A DNA stretch of 64,000 nt, taken from positions 7,848 to 71,847 of the IMG/VR virus record IMGVR_UViG_3300028920_002953. The stretch is one strand, 5' to 3'. Under the pieces are notes generated by a model. The model was not told the origin of the DNA, did no database searches, and saw nothing but the letters and a program-made list of their open reading frames with translations. Source of the stretch: a virus. Made by a program: the position numbers and the translations under genes. Positions 36,920-46,127 of the stretch are shown piece by piece; position 1 is the stretch's first letter; each line of letters opens with the position of its first letter.

Positions 36920-37789
36920 TCAAACATCTTTTAATATTGTAGCCAAGTATTCTGTAAATCTATGGTTTTTGTAAATATCCTCGAATGAATACTTAGCAAA
37001 TACATGCCTAAAGTCTTCGTGTTCAAGATACCATTTTAGGTGATCCTTTAATTCCCTTGACTTGCACACCATAAAGTGCAATCCGTTTTGGTATGGTGTA
37101 AAGTCTTGTTCTGTATCACTGACGACCAGCGTGAACTTTTTATTGGCTAATATTTGCATCAGATGCATAGTTGGTATAAGGTATGGTTCCCATGCTGGAA
37201 TAAATAGGTTGACTTTCGAGAATAGTATATTGTCGTACTTTTTGTGTTGATGGTGATCGTTTCCAAAAACACTGCTTTTGGTGGTGGGTTCAATAACATC
37301 TCGCCATATTTGTTGACGGTATTTGGTTCTCGCACCAAACATGTAACAATCTTGGTCGCATTTTCCATCAGGAATATGATCCTTAACAGGGTTATAATGA
37401 TATCCCATGTTATAACCGATAGGGAAAAACTTCACGTTGTCTTGTGAAAACCGTTGCACGTTGTCTTGAAACACATCCATTACGAGGTCCCACGGTTCAC
37501 TGTGTGGCATAGAATTAAATTCACGCAACTTTGCATACTGTTCACTTTGAAACAGTATATTGATGGCGTGTGCAGGGAGTATATCAGGGTGAAACTCTCT
37601 CTGCGCTTTCATCACTATGTTAATATCATGCGACAAAGGTTTTTCAATGGGTTTCTTAAATGCCCTTTCCGTAGTGATTCTGGATGCACCCAAACTACTG
37701 AATGAATGATATAAGCTTTGTATAGCTTCATCGTATATCGTGGGTGTTGCAATACATAATATATGGACGTGTTTACCAAGTATTTTCAT
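36920..37789 (-). CDS. glycosyltransferase, GT-B/CgeB (Glyco_trans_1_2)-like
   Basis: MFGART.YRQ...SKVNL...MQILA...NGLHF...LKWYLEHEDFR..FA C-terminal pattern. Confidence 0.65.
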   Translation of the reverse strand: MKILGKHVHILCIATPTIYDEAIQSLYHSFSSLGASRITTERAFKKPIEKPLSHDINIVMKAQREFHPDILPAHAINILFQSEQYAKLREFNSMPHSEPWDLVMDVFQDNVQRFSQDNVKFFPIGYNMGYHYNPVKDHIPDGKCDQDCYMFGARTKYRQQIWRDVIEPTTKSSVFGNDHHQHKKYDNILFSKVNLFIPAWEPYLIPTMHLMQILANKKFTLVVSDTEQDFTPYQNGLHFMVCKSRELKDHLKWYLEHEDFRHVFAKYSFEDIYKNHRFTEYLATILKDV

Positions 37790-38541
37790 TTGCTTCCTAT
37801 GTGTAGATAGAAATGGAAATTGAAGTTCCCCTCTACCCTTAACACTGGTACGCTATCGACATCTTTGATTGTGAAACTGATTGGCGTTTCATGTTTGATC
37901 TTGTCGCCTCCGGGTGGCGTTTTCTTTTCCTCTTGTTCTATGCGTGTATCAGTTTCAACTTGTTCTCTAATTGATTCAGCCTTTTGGCGTACCTTTGTCA
38001 ATTTACATGCTTGGTCAAAGGTGAGGTATTCTTTGCCATGTAGATAATACCTTGCTCGTAGTCCTCTTTTTCGTTCAACCTCGATATAATCACCAAGTTG
38101 GCTTTTACATACTTTGCCGATGTAGGTGCGTATGCTGTAATTGTTAACCTTCATGGGTTTGCCAACTTTGACAAGGCGCTCTGCCTCTTGATTAAGCCTA
38201 ACTGCTAATTCCATATATGTAAGTGGTTTGTCTTCGGTTAGCAGAATGGCGGCAACCATCTGTTTGGGATCACTGCTTCGTAATGCCTGTTTGAAGTAAT
38301 TGTCTCTGTTCTTTGCGTGAATTTCCTCTTTGCTTACTTGTGTCACTGGCCCGTTCTCCTCTCTATGGTCTTGATACTTTAACCGCTGTGGTGGATGATA
38401 AAGGTTGCCCTTGCCTTTAGCTTCATCTACCATTTTGCAGACTTCCTTTCCGATCTTGATGTTGGTTAATTTTTCAAGGTAATTGCACAAGGGTATATTG
38501 CCAGATATAGTTATACCTTTAAGCCTTTCCTCGTCGTTCAT
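37786..38541 (-). CDS. hypothetical protein, possible winged-helix DNA-binding
   Basis: KPLTYMELAVRL...SIRTYIGKV...YY pattern; coupled ORF. Confidence 0.55.
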   Translation of the reverse strand: MNDEERLKGITISGNIPLCNYLEKLTNIKIGKEVCKMVDEAKGKGNLYHPPQRLKYQDHREENGPVTQVSKEEIHAKNRDNYFKQALRSSDPKQMVAAILLTEDKPLTYMELAVRLNQEAERLVKVGKPMKVNNYSIRTYIGKVCKSQLGDYIEVERKRGLRARYYLHGKEYLTFDQACKLTKVRQKAESIREQVETDTRIEQEEKKTPPGGDKIKHETPISFTIKDVDSVPVLRVEGNFNFHFYLHIGSK

Positions 38542-38546
38542 TGTTC

Positions 38547-39257
38547 TTATCCTCTGCGCTTGATCTTTCGTCGTTTAGGTATTTCTTTGGCCTTAGATCG
38601 TCTTTTAAGTCTTCTGCCTTGACTACCTTGACTTTCTTTTTGCTCATACGGTTCTCCTTTCTGTCGTCTAATGGTTTTACGGGTTAATGTTTCCGGTTCA
38701 CACCACTCTAAGAAGTCTTCGAGTTGCATAATGCGCAACTCGAGACCATTGGTGTATATGGTTGCATTTGGCCCAAACGGAGGCCAATAGTATTTCTTTT
38801 TATTTCGGCGGTTAAGATAATCAAACGTACTTGTATGCATTGCAATGCAAGCGTTCTTGCGGTCCCGTTTAAAGATGATAAAGCCAAACTTGCGTTTGTG
38901 CGTCTTTAATTCCTCGATTAACTTTGTCCACCATTCAACAAGGATAGGTGGCTTTTCAGCCGTTAGTTTGTCAATGATTGTAAGCAAGCTGATACCACGA
39001 TTGCTATTCTTAGCAGAATAACCACGTTTCAATTCCCATATCGAAATGCGAGTGAAACATTTGGCAGAGGGGTGTATAGCACATATATCCCCTGCACTAT
39101 CAGCGGTCATTAAACCTTGTTTTGCCCTGCATGTTGCACGAGCGCCACTGCCAGCAGTTCTCCAAAAGATATCATCACGTTCACCATGAGAGAACCACAA
39201 TGAAAGCTGTTTGCATGTGTCACGTTCAAAGGCGGAACCTTTTTTACTCTTTCCCAT
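38547..39257 (-). CDS. Holliday junction resolvase (Hjc-like PD-(D/E)xK)
   Basis: KKGSAFER...RTAGSG...GDI...WELKRGY. Confidence 0.85.
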   Translation of the reverse strand: MGKSKKGSAFERDTCKQLSLWFSHGERDDIFWRTAGSGARATCRAKQGLMTADSAGDICAIHPSAKCFTRISIWELKRGYSAKNSNRGISLLTIIDKLTAEKPPILVEWWTKLIEELKTHKRKFGFIIFKRDRKNACIAMHTSTFDYLNRRNKKKYYWPPFGPNATIYTNGLELRIMQLEDFLEWCEPETLTRKTIRRQKGEPYEQKESQGSQGRRLKRRSKAKEIPKRRKIKRRG

Positions 39258-39663
39258 TGCCCCCCCTTTGTTGTATGTCAAGTTGGCGTTGTAACATATG
39301 TGGTCTATCGTCTATCTCCTCACCCCTTGTTTCTAATGATTGTAGCATGCACAAAATAGAAAACAGTGCGCCTCCTAAGTGATGTTTGGTGATACCTAAC
39401 TTTGCTGCGTCTGGATCGTAGTCTTCTCCTTTGTAAAAGAAGTCTGTTAAATGGCGTGTTGTTGCGTCGTACATATCACTGACTTTAAATCCTTGCCGCC
39501 ATGATTCTCGGTAGTATTTAATCAACCCTTCTCTGTAGGCCGGTTCAAGGTATTTACCAAGTACATCAAAGGGTATTAGACTGAATTGCGTCTTGTCTTC
39601 CTGCTTATTGTTTTTGGGTGCTGTAACCATCGTGTCTGTTGGCACCCCATTTCCGTCCGTCAC
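39244..39663 (-). CDS. dATP/dGTP diphosphohydrolase-like (DUF5664) protein
   Basis: K.DKTQFSLIP...GLIKY..ESWRQG...DA..RHL..F..GEDYDPD...HHL; GTG 39663 follows AAGGAG. Confidence 0.8.
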   Translation of the reverse strand: MTDGNGVPTDTMVTAPKNNKQEDKTQFSLIPFDVLGKYLEPAYREGLIKYYRESWRQGFKVSDMYDATTRHLTDFFYKGEDYDPDAAKLGITKHHLGGALFSILCMLQSLETRGEEIDDRPHMLQRQLDIQQRGGNGKE

Positions 39664-39982
39664 GTCTGCGTCTCCTTGGTTGGTACATATACTCGAAGAT
39701 TTGCTGTTGAGTATAGGTGCGACCTTTTTTGATGTTTCTGTTGATAATGGTTGCCCTGCCACTGAGCAGACTTGCGTGAATAGTACAGTACCGAGCCGTA
39801 ACTGTCATATTGCCACAACCATCGGGCCATTCGCATTGGTGTTGCCGTAAGTCTTGATAATCAACCTTGTGTGGCTGAAAGTGCATCTTCTTCCCCCAAC
39901 GTTTCTCACAATTGACGCACTCATCAAAGGTCTTTTTATCTTTGTTGATCCATTCGCACCCTCTGCATGGAGACTCGTTCAT
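39605..39982 (-). CDS. Cys-rich hypothetical protein
   Basis: SPCRGC...CVNCEKR...CEWPDGC...YCTIH. Confidence 0.6.
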   Translation of the reverse strand: MNESPCRGCEWINKDKKTFDECVNCEKRWGKKMHFQPHKVDYQDLRQHQCEWPDGCGNMTVTARYCTIHASLLSGRATIINRNIKKGRTYTQQQIFEYMYQPRRRRRDGRKWGANRHDGYSTQKQ

Positions 39983-40287
39983 TTTTTGCGCCTTTTGATA
40001 ATGCGTTTTGTGTGGGGTTTTGTTCTCCTTTTGATCTTCCGACCACCATGCTTTTTTAATTGTACGGCCCTCCTGTATTGCCGCCTTTCAATGCCTTTTT
40101 TGCTTGCTTGGTATCTTTTGTTTGCTGCCTGACGCTTGCGATATTGATCCGGTTGCTTGTTGTACTCAGCAATACACTTCTTACAAGGACGCCTGTAGTT
40201 GCCGACACGCTCCTCCCAATAAAACGCCTCGTCAGGGTTCTCATAAAAAGTATCGCAGCGATGACATAAAACACCATCTTTTGTCAT
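39979..40287 (-). CDS. zinc-finger protein (HNH/EndoVII N-terminal-like) with basic tail
   Basis: CHRC...F...CKKC; ATG 40287 after AAGGAG. Confidence 0.6.
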   Translation of the reverse strand: MTKDGVLCHRCDTFYENPDEAFYWEERVGNYRRPCKKCIAEYNKQPDQYRKRQAANKRYQASKKGIERRQYRRAVQLKKHGGRKIKRRTKPHTKRIIKRRKK

Positions 40288-40288
40288 A

Positions 40289-40558
40289 TCACTTCGCTCC
40301 TTGGATTCTACCTTGCTGTTGTTGCACATGCTTTTTGATTGCTTTGATCTTGTGTTTGTCAAGGAATACAATGCCACACTGAGGGCAAACTAAAGCGCCC
40401 AAGTTCTTATTAACCAAGTAGTTGTCAAAGTATTGGTTTTTCTTGCAGCATGGACATCGTATCTTTTCATTGTTCTCAATGTGTTTGCCAACCTTTTCCT
40501 GTTCCTTCTGTAGTTGTACTTCCTCTGGCGAGGGTGTACGTCCGGGTAGTCTTGCCAT
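40289..40558 (-). CDS. zinc-ribbon protein
   Basis: CPCC...CPQCG; GGAGG RBS. Confidence 0.65.
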   Translation of the reverse strand: MARLPGRTPSPEEVQLQKEQEKVGKHIENNEKIRCPCCKKNQYFDNYLVNKNLGALVCPQCGIVFLDKHKIKAIKKHVQQQQGRIQGAK

Positions 40559-40818
40559 TATTCAAGTACCTCCACCTTTTTAAAATGGTAACGTGGGTAC
40601 AGATCAAATACCGGCCCCGGACTACCACTGCCAAGGTTAACACGTTCAAAATCCAAGTCCTCCAATTGCACCACCAAAGAAACTGGCAATGCTTCATTGA
40701 CCAGTTGCTCCAGTGCTGCCACCACATGCAACGTGTCTCGTTCTGTAAGCTTGTCAGTGTCCAGTTCTGATGATTCAATCTTTACTTGTACGTTTGCCTT
40801 AAACTGTACTCTTTTCAT
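40558..40818 (-). CDS. hypothetical protein
   Basis: ATG 40818 with AGGAGG RBS, coupled to the upstream stop. Confidence 0.6.
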   Translation of the reverse strand: MKRVQFKANVQVKIESSELDTDKLTERDTLHVVAALEQLVNEALPVSLVVQLEDLDFERVNLGSGSPGPVFDLYPRYHFKKVEVLE

Positions 40819-40970
40819 TACATCCCTCCTAAGATTAAGTGTTTTACGCCTTGGATGCACATAGCAATGACCCACATTGTCCCCACCAGTATTGCGGTAC
40901 ATATAGCCGCACCAATTATCAATGCTGCCAATTTCTTGTATGCTAATTCTACTTCTCTTGGTAATGTCAT
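40818..40970 (-). CDS. small single-pass membrane protein (50 aa), not in ORF track
   Basis: MTLPREVELAYKKLAALIIGAAICTAILVGTMWVIAMC...; overlaps both neighbours. Confidence 0.6.
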   Translation of the reverse strand: MTLPREVELAYKKLAALIIGAAICTAILVGTMWVIAMCIQGVKHLILGGM

Positions 40971-41596
40971 TTAGGCACCCTTATCTCTGCTATGATTTTT
41001 GTTGCTATATCTCCTGTGTCAACCATTGCCTTAACACGTTTGGGCGTAGCAATATCTAAACGACGTGCTTGCAAGAACTGACTTACTCTTTCCTCTGGCG
41101 TTGTTTGAAAACGTGCCAGTAATTCTAATGCTTGTTCCTGCGCTTCATGTGGAATTACAATTCTCGTATCACATGAAGATTCATACTTGGCAAAAAAACC
41201 ATCGATAGAATATGGGTCAGCTATCGTGATGTGATCTGCCATATCTACTATTTCACTCACCATGCTAACCGGTCGAAATGAACGTTCTGACACTTTTAAT
41301 TCATGTACCAATCGCATATGTATTGGGCCAAGTGTCGGAGAATCTACACGATTATGATCCATTAGCAATCTTGTGCTAATGTTGTCTGAAATGCCATGTG
41401 CTTTGAATTTCTCGTGGCGCATGATAACCACAAAGGATAAATCGTAATCACATTGCTCCACTGCGAATTCCCAACCCTGTGATTGCAATTCGTGACTATG
41501 AGCTTGAAATCCAGCCCATATAATACGCATAGGTGGTGACAACACTCGTAAGTTTTGATCCCACGGTTTTTCTGTTCTTGCAAATATGTTTGCCAT
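40967..41596 (-). CDS. hypothetical protein
   Basis: ATG 41596 coupled to the upstream stop (TAATG). Confidence 0.65.
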   Translation of the reverse strand: MANIFARTEKPWDQNLRVLSPPMRIIWAGFQAHSHELQSQGWEFAVEQCDYDLSFVVIMRHEKFKAHGISDNISTRLLMDHNRVDSPTLGPIHMRLVHELKVSERSFRPVSMVSEIVDMADHITIADPYSIDGFFAKYESSCDTRIVIPHEAQEQALELLARFQTTPEERVSQFLQARRLDIATPKRVKAMVDTGDIATKIIAEIRVPK

Positions 41597-41736
41597 TATT
41601 CTATCCACCAAGGATGGGTTACAAACAAGAGAAACCCTACAACAAGGCATATCCTAACAACATGCTCCATAGGGTGCCATTTATATTTGCGTTCAAACTT
41701 CATGGTCGCATAATTGTATTTGTAATATTTTATCAT
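41596..41736 (-). CDS. small membrane protein (46 aa), not in ORF track
   Basis: MIKYYKY...VVRICLVVGFLLFVTHPWWIE; ATGA and TAATG overlaps on either side. Confidence 0.55.
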   Translation of the reverse strand: MIKYYKYNYATMKFERKYKWHPMEHVVRICLVVGFLLFVTHPWWIE

Positions 41737-42077
41737 GGGTTGTACTTTCCTCCTCTTGGTAGGTATACATCATTTCTGCAATCATATACCCTACACAAGT
41801 TAGGCCGGTTCTTGTAACAGCCGCAACCCTTTTTGGTTAGCTGAGGGCAGGGAGAAAATACTGCAACTACCATAATAGTGCCTTGTGCTGTTACTTTGCA
41901 ACCTCTGGTTCTAAAGTAGTCGGCCTTGTCTTCTATTTGTCTGTCAGATAGATTGGAAGTACTAAAACCAAAAGACATATATTCGCAGCAATGAACACAG
42001 TTGCCGCAATCCATACTAACATGCTCACTCGTCGATGTGGCAGTTGTTTGCTTCTCTCCAGTTCCATTCTTCATCAC
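41733..42077 (-). CDS. YkgJ-family CxxCxxCC cysteine-cluster protein
   Basis: CGNCVHCC...CPQL...CGCYKNRPNLCRVY. Confidence 0.8.
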   Translation of the reverse strand: MMKNGTGEKQTTATSTSEHVSMDCGNCVHCCEYMSFGFSTSNLSDRQIEDKADYFRTRGCKVTAQGTIMVVAVFSPCPQLTKKGCGCYKNRPNLCRVYDCRNDVYLPRGGKYNP

Positions 42078-42222
42078 ACTCCTCTATGATGTCCTTTTTG
42101 AAACGGGTGTCTTCATCCCAGTTTTCAGCAACATAACGCAAGTAGTTAGACGGTATCACATCAATATACTTGTCCTTGTACTTGCCCCACGGCATTCGCA
42201 TTCTTTGCAATTGGCGTTTCAT
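42025..42222 (-). CDS. DUF3820/ExoX C-terminal-like small protein
   Basis: MPWGKYK...DVIPSNYL.Y motif. Confidence 0.65.
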   Translation of the reverse strand: MKRQLQRMRMPWGKYKDKYIDVIPSNYLRYVAENWDEDTRFKKDIIEECDEEWNWREANNCHIDE

Positions 42223-42671
42223 TACTTGTACACCAAGTCCCAAGTGATAATGTAAGGCTCCTCTTTCTTATATTCCTTTACAAATTCGTCAAATGCCTCT
42301 TTTTTGGAATTATAGCGTTTGTGCAATGGGTACTCTGAATGCAACCAAAAGAAGTTAATCTTAGCACGAGTGAACATTTCAAAGACTTCTTTGGGTGTGT
42401 CAATGAAAACACGTTGGCCCCTTTTGGGTACGTATCCGGGCAAGCATTCATCGCCCTGCCAATCAATATGCATCATATTGCCTTTACAATCACGGCAGTT
42501 GATAATAAATGGCGTTACACCATCCCGTGAATTGTAAAGGCGTTCTCTTGTGCCGCAACTTTCGCACCGGTAAATCATCAGTGCAAATGCCTCTGAGTGA
42601 TGGAATCCATGTGGTGTCAATTTCATTTCCTCTGCCGTTTTGGTCTCCGGAATGTCTTTGCCCTCGATCAT
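42222..42671 (-). CDS. zinc-ribbon hypothetical protein
   Basis: EAFALM.YRCESCG...NSRDGVTPF.INCRDC; GGAGG RBS. Confidence 0.7.
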   Translation of the reverse strand: MIEGKDIPETKTAEEMKLTPHGFHHSEAFALMIYRCESCGTRERLYNSRDGVTPFIINCRDCKGNMMHIDWQGDECLPGYVPKRGQRVFIDTPKEVFEMFTRAKINFFWLHSEYPLHKRYNSKKEAFDEFVKEYKKEEPYIITWDLVYK

Positions 42672-42679
42672 TTCCCCTC

Positions 42680-43114
42680 CTAAACTAAGTAAAGATTACG
42701 TTTGCCCAACTTCAAGAACTTCTTTATCGTGTCCTCCGCTCCTCCGGTTCTATCACTTGCCACACATGCAATAAGTATATCACTGTCCTTGGCGATAAGA
42801 CCATTGCGCATGAAACCAGCAGACCGGCCATAAGTCTTCCAGTCAGCCGGATGCCATATATAATCAGTAAAATATAACTGAGACAATATAACAGCAAACC
42901 TGTCGCCGCCTTTAGAGCAGAGGCCGCTACAGATACTATCACCCAAATGGTAGTGTAAACGAAATTCTCCATGAACCAAGTCGAAATCTTCGAGTTCATC
43001 GCGTCTCCTTGTGCCTATAACACCAATGACACGTTTACGTCTTTTAATGCTGCTTTTTCTTATGAAGTCGTCCACCGGTACACCGTTGTACTTGATGTGG
43101 ATGTGTCGCCCCAA
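42680..43114 (-). CDS. SLOG/DUF2493 (YspA-like) protein
   Basis: IGVIGTR...SG..SKGGDRFA...ADW..YGRSAGFMRN..IA...TGG..DTI. Confidence 0.75.
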   Translation of the reverse strand: MGRHIHIKYNGVPVDDFIRKSSIKRRKRVIGVIGTRRRDELEDFDLVHGEFRLHYHLGDSICSGLCSKGGDRFAVILSQLYFTDYIWHPADWKTYGRSAGFMRNGLIAKDSDILIACVASDRTGGAEDTIKKFLKLGKRNLYLV

Positions 43115-43407
43115 CCAAAGTTAACACGCACATACATTGGCATGGGCCGTTGTGGTATTTCAACCACCCGAACGTTTTTCATTAACCACTCGTAGACATT
43201 ATTTAAATGTTGAAAATCCTCACGATTGCCACCTTGATCGGGGTGCGTTTTTAATGCCTGTTTACGATATGCGCTTTTAAGTTTTTGGCGAAATGTATCG
43301 CATGCCTCTTGTGCCTTGCCTCTGGTTTCAAAACGGCCAAAGACATAAGGGGTGTCTTCGTCAAGGCCAAACAGGTCAAGGATTTGCTGCCAACTGATTT
43401 TCTGCAT
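43060..43407 (-). CDS. J-domain (DnaJ-like) protein
   Basis: LKSAYRKQALKTHPDQGG..EDFQ.LN..YE with intact HPD. Confidence 0.85.
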   Translation of the reverse strand: MQKISWQQILDLFGLDEDTPYVFGRFETRGKAQEACDTFRQKLKSAYRKQALKTHPDQGGNREDFQHLNNVYEWLMKNVRVVEIPQRPMPMYVRVNFGWGDTSTSSTTVYRWTTS

Positions 43408-44039
43408 TACTTTCTCCGCTTTATTTTTCTGCCACCCTTAACCAATGTAACCACCGAGTGTTGCCCGTTGTGTTTCACACCATACACTCGGTCACAAATG
43501 TCAATCAGTTCATCATCGTGTGATATCATAATCACTTGAAAGTCAAGTTCTTGTGAAAGGTATTTTAGCATATAACCGGCCTTTTTTACCAATCGGCCAG
43601 TGAACCTAAACGGTTCATCAACAATGAATATATTGCGTTTTTTAGGCTCCTCCATAGACCATAACACAATTTTCAATGCTAATGCAACAATATCAACCAT
43701 ACTTCCACCGAGATCTTCTTTGATATTGTCATACTCGTGTTCACCTTCAATGATGACGGGAGTGGCATAAACCCTGTTTGCCTTGGTTTCAAATCGAAGC
43801 TGAAAAGTGAACTCGCGTTCAAAGATGGAGCGTATTGCCAGTGTGACAAGCTTTTCAATCTTGTCTTTTATTTCCTCCTGTGTTGCTCTGGCAACTTCTG
43901 TGAACACCCACAATGCCTTTTGGTGGTGAATGATCTCCTTCTTTATATACTCCTTATCATCCTTAGCCTCCAGCAAAAACTTACGGGCATCTTTAAAACG
44001 CTTTTCCAACGTTTTGAATTCATCAATGATATCATCCAT
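43407..44039 (-). CDS. sbcC: Rad50/SbcC C-terminal half (ABC signature, Walker B, H-loop)
   Basis: LGGSM signature, FIVDEP, MISHD; no Walker A. Confidence 0.85.
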   Translation of the reverse strand: MDDIIDEFKTLEKRFKDARKFLLEAKDDKEYIKKEIIHHQKALWVFTEVARATQEEIKDKIEKLVTLAIRSIFEREFTFQLRFETKANRVYATPVIIEGEHEYDNIKEDLGGSMVDIVALALKIVLWSMEEPKKRNIFIVDEPFRFTGRLVKKAGYMLKYLSQELDFQVIMISHDDELIDICDRVYGVKHNGQHSVVTLVKGGRKIKRRK

Positions 44040-44280
44040 CTTGTGCGGCCCTTTTCATGGTTCTCTTGATCTTGTCGAGAATAACCTTGCGACGCCTGTC
44101 TACATGTTCAAGTTCATCAATAACAGCATCTAACTCTGCCTCAAGATTATCAAGCGAATAACCACGTTCTGATATTTTTTGTTTGATATCTTCGATGTTC
44201 TGTTCATAGATAGTAAGTGTCGTCTTAGATGCTTGCACCCGTTCTGCGATGTCTTCCAATTGTTGAGTCAAACTTGCCAC
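44032..44280 (-). CDS. small coiled-coil protein, possible missing arm of the split Rad50
   Basis: Heptad pattern over 82 aa; GGAGG RBS; sits between SbcD and SbcC-C. Confidence 0.65.
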   Translation of the reverse strand: MASLTQQLEDIAERVQASKTTLTIYEQNIEDIKQKISERGYSLDNLEAELDAVIDELEHVDRRRKVILDKIKRTMKRAAQDG

Positions 44281-45187
44281 GCATAACCTCCTTTATGATT
44301 CTTCTTACACGCCTTGATTTAACGTTTGCCCTCACAAACTTTTTGAGCTTGGCATCCCTGTTTTGGGTCATGGATGTCATTGTCTTGATTGAATTAGCAA
44401 ACTGCTCTAATTCTGTTGAAGATATGTTTTTCTGTACAATATGTTCCCGAGTCAATACCTTTTTGCTTGGTGCATGTGGAATGATAACCTTCTCGATGCT
44501 GTTATCATTTGTGTCGTACACGTAAAAACAAGGCTTATGGCGCATCATATATCGAGAAGCTTCAAGACGCAGCACGGGACCCGTATTGATGACATAACGT
44601 CTGTCCATAAGGTATTTGCCTGTTACATAGCAAAAGTGCCTGTGAACATCACCAGCGAGCACCAAATCAAAACCTTTATGGCGTTCTAAGAATTGATCTG
44701 GATCAGTGAAGTCATGGCCCGGATACTCGGCCCTACGTGCTATGGGTGCATGCAATACCAAAACGTTACGTTTTTGACCTCCGGGTTTTACTTTAGGAAT
44801 AGGACCGTTCCAACTCGAACCATAAATAGCTACATTGTTCATATGAACCGGTTGCTTCCCTAACTGCATCATTTGGGTACTGTGCATCAAAACTGACAAT
44901 GCAGTGGGCGTCTCGTCTGGATCACGACGCATGTAAAGGTCATGTTGCCCATAAACCCCTAACATTATTACTTGATACTGCCTTAAAACGTTTATCATAT
45001 AATGCAGTACTTCCCAATTGCGCGAGGTATCCCCCAAATCACCGGCTTGCAGAATAACACACCCATGTTCCTTGGCGTATCGAAATACAAAATCTATCTT
45101 CTGCTCGAATGCCTCACCTACTCTATCCTTTCTGCTAACCGGTGTTTTGTATGTACCGTGGACATCACTTAATAAGAGCAAGTTCAT
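44225..45187 (-). CDS. sbcD: Mre11/SbcD metallophosphoesterase nuclease
   Basis: LSDVH, QAGDLGD, YGQHD, VLH, AGDVH, NTGP motifs. Confidence 0.9.
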   Translation of the reverse strand: MNLLLLSDVHGTYKTPVSRKDRVGEAFEQKIDFVFRYAKEHGCVILQAGDLGDTSRNWEVLHYMINVLRQYQVIMLGVYGQHDLYMRRDPDETPTALSVLMHSTQMMQLGKQPVHMNNVAIYGSSWNGPIPKVKPGGQKRNVLVLHAPIARRAEYPGHDFTDPDQFLERHKGFDLVLAGDVHRHFCYVTGKYLMDRRYVINTGPVLRLEASRYMMRHKPCFYVYDTNDNSIEKVIIPHAPSKKVLTREHIVQKNISSTELEQFANSIKTMTSMTQNRDAKLKKFVRANVKSRRVRRIIKEVMRGKFDSTIGRHRRTGASI

Positions 45188-46127
45188 TTTGTATCCTTCT
45201 CAGCATGTCTGGTTTGACTTTGGAGTAGCATGTGGGGCATTTGCCACTTTCTTCAAGCTTCTCTATGTATCGCTCAACCAATTTCCTGTGCTCCCGTTTG
45301 GCTAACTTGATTAGCTTCTCCTGATCTGCAAGCCCTTCCAACAAGTCTGCTGTTTCATTAAGCTCGTCAATTTTAACTTGCAGTTTGCGAATCAAATTGA
45401 CTTTGCGTTCAAGCCGAATAATACGTTTGTGATATCTTACCTTAGACTGAAAGCCTAAATATAAACCTTGCCACTCTGTAAGATCGTCAAAGTCTTTTTG
45501 TAGCTTCAGACGGCTTTTAGAAATGCGTCTGTATTCTATGACGTACCGGCGAAGCTTGGTGTAGTGTTCTGATAGACGTTCACGTTCAAGCTTGTACTTT
45601 TCCTCCCTGTACTCAGCATCTTTCAGCGCAGATTTTAAATGTCTTATACGACTTGAACAATTGTTGATCCATGTGTCAAGGTCTTCGGCCCCTGTGGTAC
45701 TGTTGATAGTTCTTGAAATCTCACCAGGACTGGAGAAGATTAAGAATGGCCCTTCAAATTGACCATGAAAGTTAATGTCAGATAGATTTAACGTGTTTAT
45801 AATATCTTCTGGAACATGTGTGCCAAACTTGCGAAACTCTTTTGCTCGTACTTTGTATTTAGCTTGTCTGCCTGTTTTGCGATATGAAACGTTGGTAACA
45901 TTATTACCATCCTGCCACTCGGTTTCAACTGCCATTGCTTTTGTTTTGACAAATCGACTGATATAACCATCACCCAATGGTCGGTTAGTGAAAAGCAATT
46001 TGATTGCCCTGAGAATATTTGTTTTGCCAGATGAACCAAGACCAATGATGCCATTGATACCTTTAACAAAATCAAGGCGTGTTAATTTGTGACTCCGAAA
46101 ATGCTTTAATGTTATGCTTTTTAACAT
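45165..46127 (-). CDS. sbcC: Rad50/SbcC N-terminal half (Walker A, coiled coil, zinc hook)
   Basis: LKHFRSH, GLGSSGKT, Q-loop, long coil, CPTC near the C-terminus. Confidence 0.88.
   Translation of the reverse strand: MLKSITLKHFRSHKLTRLDFVKGINGIIGLGSSGKTNILRAIKLLFTNRPLGDGYISRFVKTKAMAVETEWQDGNNVTNVSYRKTGRQAKYKVRAKEFRKFGTHVPEDIINTLNLSDINFHGQFEGPFLIFSSPGEISRTINSTTGAEDLDTWINNCSSRIRHLKSALKDAEYREEKYKLERERLSEHYTKLRRYVIEYRRISKSRLKLQKDFDDLTEWQGLYLGFQSKVRYHKRIIRLERKVNLIRKLQVKIDELNETADLLEGLADQEKLIKLAKREHRKLVERYIEKLEESGKCPTCYSKVKPDMLRRIQNELALIK

Noticed and set aside
39244-39663. Z-genome (2-aminoadenine) pathway suggested by DUF5664
   Set aside because: No PurZ or DatZ-like gene in the window, and this family is widespread in phages
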